DNA of 64,000 nt from Candidatus Latescibacterota bacterium (GTDB lineage Bacteria; Latescibacterota; UBA2968; GCA-2709665): positions 4,064,001 through 4,128,000 of the forward strand of contig OZ250150.1 in NCBI GenBank assembly GCA_965237675.1. The letters run 5' to 3'. Under the pieces are notes generated by a model that ran no database searches, was not told where the DNA came from, and worked only from the letters and a program-made list of their open reading frames with translations. Of this stretch, positions 59,904 to 64,000 are shown one piece after another (position 1 is the stretch's first letter; every line of letters starts with the position of its first letter). The position numbers and the translations under genes were made by a program.

Positions 59904-60248
59904 AAGCTACCCGCTCCAATCTTGTGACATCTGTTTGAAATGGTCGGTGACCGCCCTGAAAGCCCCGATTCGGAAAGAAACGCGGGATCCGGACGGCCTG
60001 CGCCGACCCTCGTCAACTCCCAGAGAACCACGTCCGGCGAATCCTGAAATGGGTTTTTCCACATTCGAAGGTGGTGTAAAGCGCGCGTCTCCAGGGAAAC
60101 ACGTCTGCAAGCATGGAAACCGATTGACGGCCAGGCGCTTTCTCCTTACTCTCAGACAACAGTTGAATCGCGTCCTGGCGTAAACCGGCATCCTCTGGAC
60201 TGCCGCACGGAGCCGATGCGCCGGGGGTCATACTTCTATCCCGAATCG

Positions 60249-60294
60249 ACGGGTCGAGTCGGTCGGCAAAGAAGCCGCCGACGCCCCGTTTTTT
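60249..60294 (+). terminator. Intrinsic terminator within the 5' leader of the amidohydrolase gene
   Basis: ACGGG..GTCGG-T-CGGC/GCCG-CCGAC..CCCGT hairpin plus T-run directly before the GAGGAG RBS. Confidence 0.55.
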
Positions 60295-60308
60295 GAGGAG
60301 CGACGCCA

Positions 60309-61049
60309 ATGATAATCGACAGCCACGTTCACCTCAGACACGGCAACGCCGCACGTACCGAATACACCGCCCAGCAGATCGTTGAATCCATGGATGGCGC
60401 GGGCGTGGACAAATCGGTCGTCTTCGCCATCTGCACCACCACGTTTGACGCCGTTTTACGGGCTCGAACCGCTCACGAACTGTATCCCGACCGCCTTATT
60501 CCTTACGCATACGCGCTGCCCAACACCGAACGGTCCATAGTCGGATGCATCGAAGAAGCCGTAACCGGCCTGGCCTTCAAGGGTATCAAGATTCACGCCG
60601 GCGAATGCACCCTCGCGGAATACGTGTCCGACCCCATCCTCGCACTGGCCGGCAAACTCGGCGTACCCTGCCTCATCGATTTCATCGGCCGCGGCGACGA
60701 CCTCGAACGCATGGCGCGCACCTTCCCCGAGACCTCGATCATTGTCGCGCACATGGGCCGTTACCTGTGCACCGACCAGCCGCTCATCGATCGGTTTGTC
60801 CGCATCGCGGAAGAGTACAAGAACGTCTATATGGACATCAGCGGCGTCATTCTTATCTGGAAAATCCGCGAAGCCGTGGAACGCCTGGGGCCGGAACGTA
60901 TCATCTGGGGCACCGACGGTCCCTACCCTACACCCGACCTGGCATCCTATATCCGCACCGATCTCGACAAGATCAAGGCCTCCGGCATCGCCGAGGCTGA
61001 TCAGTCAGCCATCTTCGCCGGAAACATCGTCCGGCTGTTAAACCTCTGA
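60309..61049 (+). CDS. Amidohydrolase family 2 protein
   Basis: IIDSHVH, KGIKIH, VAHMG, WGTDGP. Confidence 0.9.
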   Translation: MIIDSHVHLRHGNAARTEYTAQQIVESMDGAGVDKSVVFAICTTTFDAVLRARTAHELYPDRLIPYAYALPNTERSIVGCIEEAVTGLAFKGIKIHAGECTLAEYVSDPILALAGKLGVPCLIDFIGRGDDLERMARTFPETSIIVAHMGRYLCTDQPLIDRFVRIAEEYKNVYMDISGVILIWKIREAVERLGPERIIWGTDGPYPTPDLASYIRTDLDKIKASGIAEADQSAIFAGNIVRLLNL

Positions 61050-61274
61050 CGCTGTATTTTCCCATGATTCAAAGTCCAACTTATTCGGATACAAAGGGTT
61101 ATATGCGAAATATAAAGTGGCGTCCGGCTGACGAGTCAGCAATCAATACGAGGGTCCGCATAGCCTGAGTCAACTGGCATCGGCCGCAGCGTCTAGCGAC
61201 CCGTACCCGGGTTTCTGAGACGTTTCGACGCTTTTTCTTGACAAAAAACCGCGTTTGGATATCTTTCTTCCGCT

Positions 61275-61458
61275 GCAAGGGTAGAGGCGCGGGTTTGCAT
61301 CAGTAACCGGCAGTGGACGGCGGACCCACAGCTGCCGGACGAAAGGGTAAACCTGCCGAAGCCCGAAACTCCCGCCGCCGGGATCGACGGGCTGGGCCGC
61401 CGGATAAGATCCAGCGGACTGTCATGGGAATCGGTTGTCCCGTGGAGCGCTCTCTTGT
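61275..61458 (+). ncRNA. Lysine riboswitch (L-box)
   Basis: Ordered conserved blocks AGAGGCGC, AGTA, GAAAGG, GCCGAA, TGGG, ACTGTCA, GGAGCGCT; P1 pairing; promoter TTGACA-16-TATCTT at 61238-61265; upstream of asd. Confidence 0.93.
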
Positions 61459-61485
61459 GATGTGGCCATGCTGCGTTTCGGTTGT

Positions 61486-61526
61486 AGCCGGCGATGTCTC
61501 TACCCCTGGACATGCCGGTTTTTTTT
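61486..61526 (+). terminator. Riboswitch-controlled intrinsic terminator
   Basis: AGCCGGC-G-ATGTC..GACAT-GCCGGTT stem followed by a T tract. Confidence 0.85.
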
Positions 61527-61626
61527 GCGCCGGTTCACGTAGGGCAGTTAGCCGCGGATCTCCGTTCGACGGCGATCGTCGAAACTGCGGCGGGCTGATG
61601 CCACTCTCTCTCAGAAGGTACGGCAT

Positions 61627-62709
61627 ATGAAGAGACTCAAAGCAGGTGTTCTGGGTGCAACCGGCATGGTCGGTCAGCGTTTCGTTTCACTGCTGGAAGA
61701 CCACCCGTGGTTCGAGGTCGTCGCCGTGGCGGCCAGCCCGCGGTCCGCGGGCAAGACGTATCGTGAAGCGGTCGCAGACCGCTGGACTCTGACCTCGGAT
61801 ATTCCTCCGGCCATCGCGGATCTGTTCGTCAGAAACGTCAACGAGGTCGAAGGCATTGCCGATGAAGTCGATTTTGTCTGTGCGGCGCTCGATATGGAAA
61901 AAGAGGACATCCGCAACCTCGAGAATGCCTATGCCCAACGGGAAACGCCCGTGGCCTCCAACAACTCCGCCCATCGGTGGACACCGGACGTACCCATGCT
62001 CATGCCCGAGATCAACGCGGGGCACGTGGACATCATCGAGGCGCAGCGCAGACGTCTGGGCACGCGATCCGGTTTTGTCGCCGTAAAGCCGAACTGCTCG
62101 ATACAGCCCTATGTCCCCGCCTTTGAGGCATTGGCTGAATTCGGCCCGAGGAGAGCATCCGTATGCACCTACCAGGCCATTTCCGGCGCGGGAAAGACCT
62201 TTAAGTCATGGCCTGAAATGGAGGATAATATCATCCCGTTCATAGGAGGGGAAGAAGAAAAAAGCGCCATGGAACCCCTGAAAATCTGGGGCGAAATTCA
62301 CAACGGCGAAATCCGTAACGCCAGCGGGCCGATCATCTCCGCGCAGTGCGTTCGCGTGCCCGTCAGCGACGGACATATGGCCGCCACGTCGGTCTCGTTT
62401 GACAGGAAACCTTCCCGGGAGCAGGTAATCGAATCCTGGCGGAATTTTCAGGGGAACCCGAAAGCGGCCAACCTGCCGTCTTCACCCAGACCGCTTTTGA
62501 CGTATTTCGACGAAGAAGACCGTCCGCAGACACGGCTGGACCGGGACGCGGGGAATGGCATGGGAGTGACGCTGGGGCGGTTGCGAGATGACAACCTGTT
62601 CGACTACAGATTCATCGCCCTGAGCCACAACACCGTTCGAGGAGCCGCGGGCGGCGCCATTCTGATGGCCGAATTGCTTGCAGCGGAAGGATATCTGCAG
62701 GCAAAATAG
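61627..62709 (+). CDS. asd: Aspartate-semialdehyde dehydrogenase
   Basis: GATGMVGQRF, KPNCS catalytic Cys, QAISGAG, RVPVSDGH, HNTVRGAAG. Confidence 0.97.
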   Translation: MKRLKAGVLGATGMVGQRFVSLLEDHPWFEVVAVAASPRSAGKTYREAVADRWTLTSDIPPAIADLFVRNVNEVEGIADEVDFVCAALDMEKEDIRNLENAYAQRETPVASNNSAHRWTPDVPMLMPEINAGHVDIIEAQRRRLGTRSGFVAVKPNCSIQPYVPAFEALAEFGPRRASVCTYQAISGAGKTFKSWPEMEDNIIPFIGGEEEKSAMEPLKIWGEIHNGEIRNASGPIISAQCVRVPVSDGHMAATSVSFDRKPSREQVIESWRNFQGNPKAANLPSSPRPLLTYFDEEDRPQTRLDRDAGNGMGVTLGRLRDDNLFDYRFIALSHNTVRGAAGGAILMAELLAAEGYLQAK

Positions 62710-62728
62710 CAGGACAATCCGGCGGCTC

Positions 62729-64000
62729 CTAGTGCGGAACCCCGCGTCGGTGCAGCCGACGGTGGATCGCCTCCCTCGCCTCCACAAAGGGTCGTTCCAG
62801 ATACGCCATATGATCCTCCTCCCCGTGGTGATGGGTGACCTCTCCCGGCCGGTGCTGGCGGCTGTTCTGTTTCATGTACGTCAGGCAGCCGTCCACCAGC
62901 GTCAACATATACCGTGCCGTTTCAGAATTGAACATCCACCACTCTCCCCCACAGGCGATATAGACCGGCGACGTATGTGCCATCACCCCGCGCCCCCAAC
63001 CGTCGAGGTGGGGCACCGACCGGGAATAACCCGGGCCTCCGCATCGGGCGGCCAGCCATGAGTGAGACCGCACGTCGAGTGTCGCCTTCAGACTCAGCTT
63101 TCGCGCACCCCCCGACTCTTCCGTAGAAGCAACCACACGTCCGTCCTGCACCACCTGAAGCGTATGGATCGGAAGCACGCATTCCGCCTCCGCGACCACG
63201 TCGACGGCACCCCCGTTACCCGGAAGACTGACCGTGTCACCGATATCGTGGCCCTCCACGGTGAACCGAATGATCGGCCCCCCGCTGTGAAAGGTTCGCC
63301 CGGCGGCCATGTTTCTGCACCAGGTTTCGTAGTTGAACGGCTCATCCTCGGGAATCCTCACGTACGTCCTGTAAATGCCCACAGGCACATCGCTGCTCAT
63401 CTTGTCGGTGCCGCCGACAAGCGGCAGCCTGTACCCGCAGTTGAGATACCGATAATATTCGTTGTGATTGTACGTCGCATGCCTGAGCATCTCCACGGCA
63501 TCCGCCCGTCCGGTGGCAATCAACGTGGCCGGCTCGCCGTTGGGATTGGGAAGATGGGGAATAATCACGCTCCCGCCCTGCGCATGACACCGGTCCGCCC
63601 AATCCGACATCGTGACCTCCAGCGTGCCGCCCATCTCTGCTTCCCCGGGGCCGTCGGAACACCAGGGCATCACGGTTTCTTTCAGACCGAGCAGAATGAG
63701 ATGCCCGAGGAAGTGCTGCCGGTTTTCCGATCCGACATAGACAATGCTGCTCCCGTCCGGAGACACACTCGCTCTGCCTGTAAACTCCTCGGTGCTGGTA
63801 AAGAGGTTGCCCCACTGCGACGGCAATAGATTGACAACATTGAGATCCTCTCCCTGCGCCTCGGTGTGGCTTCCCTGTGTGGAGAGAAAATGAACATGCG
63901 AATCCCCACTGAACCATCGATCTTCATTCATGCTGCACCATCGTTTCAGCCTCAGTTCCAGTTCCCGCTGCCCGGGTCTGATCTCCACCGCGGTGCGGAG
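62729..64000 (-). CDS. CehA/McbA family metallohydrolase, 5' end outside the window
   Basis: SGDSHVHF, ENRQHFLGH, VGGTDKMS; clear paralogue of 57411-59903. Confidence 0.8.
   Translation of the reverse strand, partial: LRTAVEIRPGQRELELRLKRWCSMNEDRWFSGDSHVHFLSTQGSHTEAQGEDLNVVNLLPSQWGNLFTSTEEFTGRASVSPDGSSIVYVGSENRQHFLGHLILLGLKETVMPWCSDGPGEAEMGGTLEVTMSDWADRCHAQGGSVIIPHLPNPNGEPATLIATGRADAVEMLRHATYNHNEYYRYLNCGYRLPLVGGTDKMSSDVPVGIYRTYVRIPEDEPFNYETWCRNMAAGRTFHSGGPIIRFTVEGHDIGDTVSLPGNGGAVDVVAEAECVLPIHTLQVVQDGRVVASTEESGGARKLSLKATLDVRSHSWLAARCGGPGYSRSVPHLDGWGRGVMAHTSPVYIACGGEWWMFNSETARYMLTLVDGCLTYMKQNSRQHRPGEVTHHHGEEDHMAYLERPFVEAREAIHRRLHRRGVPH

Noticed and set aside
60170-60230. ZMP/ZTP riboswitch resemblance (CTGGCG..GCCGA..CGCC)
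   Set aside because: Lacks GACTGGCG, the P1 3' strand and the closing TGGGC; the downstream gene is not purine or folate related
61084-61111. dif-like site (ATTTCGCATAT arm on minus strand)
   Set aside because: The second arm does not match the XerD consensus TTATGTTAAAT
61128-61160. Hammerhead ribozyme core CTGACGA
   Set aside because: No GAAA after a stem II and no closing stems
1-64000. Numerous long antisense or overlapping ORFs in the six-frame track (e.g. 21507-22700, 44663-45631, 51421-52455)
   Set aside because: Shadow ORFs expected in high-GC DNA opposite or within well-supported genes; no motifs or RBS
1-64000. CRISPR array, defence system, prophage, transposase, rRNA or tRNA
   Set aside because: No regularly spaced direct repeats or diagnostic motifs seen

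Overview
GC-rich bacterial chromosomal segment with about 50 intact CDSs. I found no rRNA, tRNA, CRISPR array, prophage or transposase. The gene mix (dockerin/EF-hand-tailed exoprotein, hprK, TamAB, many sugar-acid catabolic paralogues, CehA/McbA-type hydrolases) suggests a diderm FCB-group or candidate-phylum organism such as Latescibacterota; this is inference. Housekeeping genes are ppk2/pap, aspartate kinase, hprK, map, tamA/tamB, clpB and asd, the last under a lysine riboswitch. The most unusual block is a roughly 11-kb metal-homeostasis locus (22.9-34.2 kb) with two different Feo systems. System 1 is a naturally split FeoB with a membrane-anchored DtxR-FeoA-FeoA fusion and a soluble Mn-type DtxR. 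System 2 is a canonical feoA-feoB led by a Cys-tailed DtxR. Each system has its own palindromic operator. Other points of interest: a perfect sigma-54 promoter on clpB, an unassigned structured leader with terminator before an amidohydrolase, an internally duplicated UxaA/GarD dehydratase, a MITE and several REP-like repeats. All product calls come from recognising motifs by eye, not from database searches.
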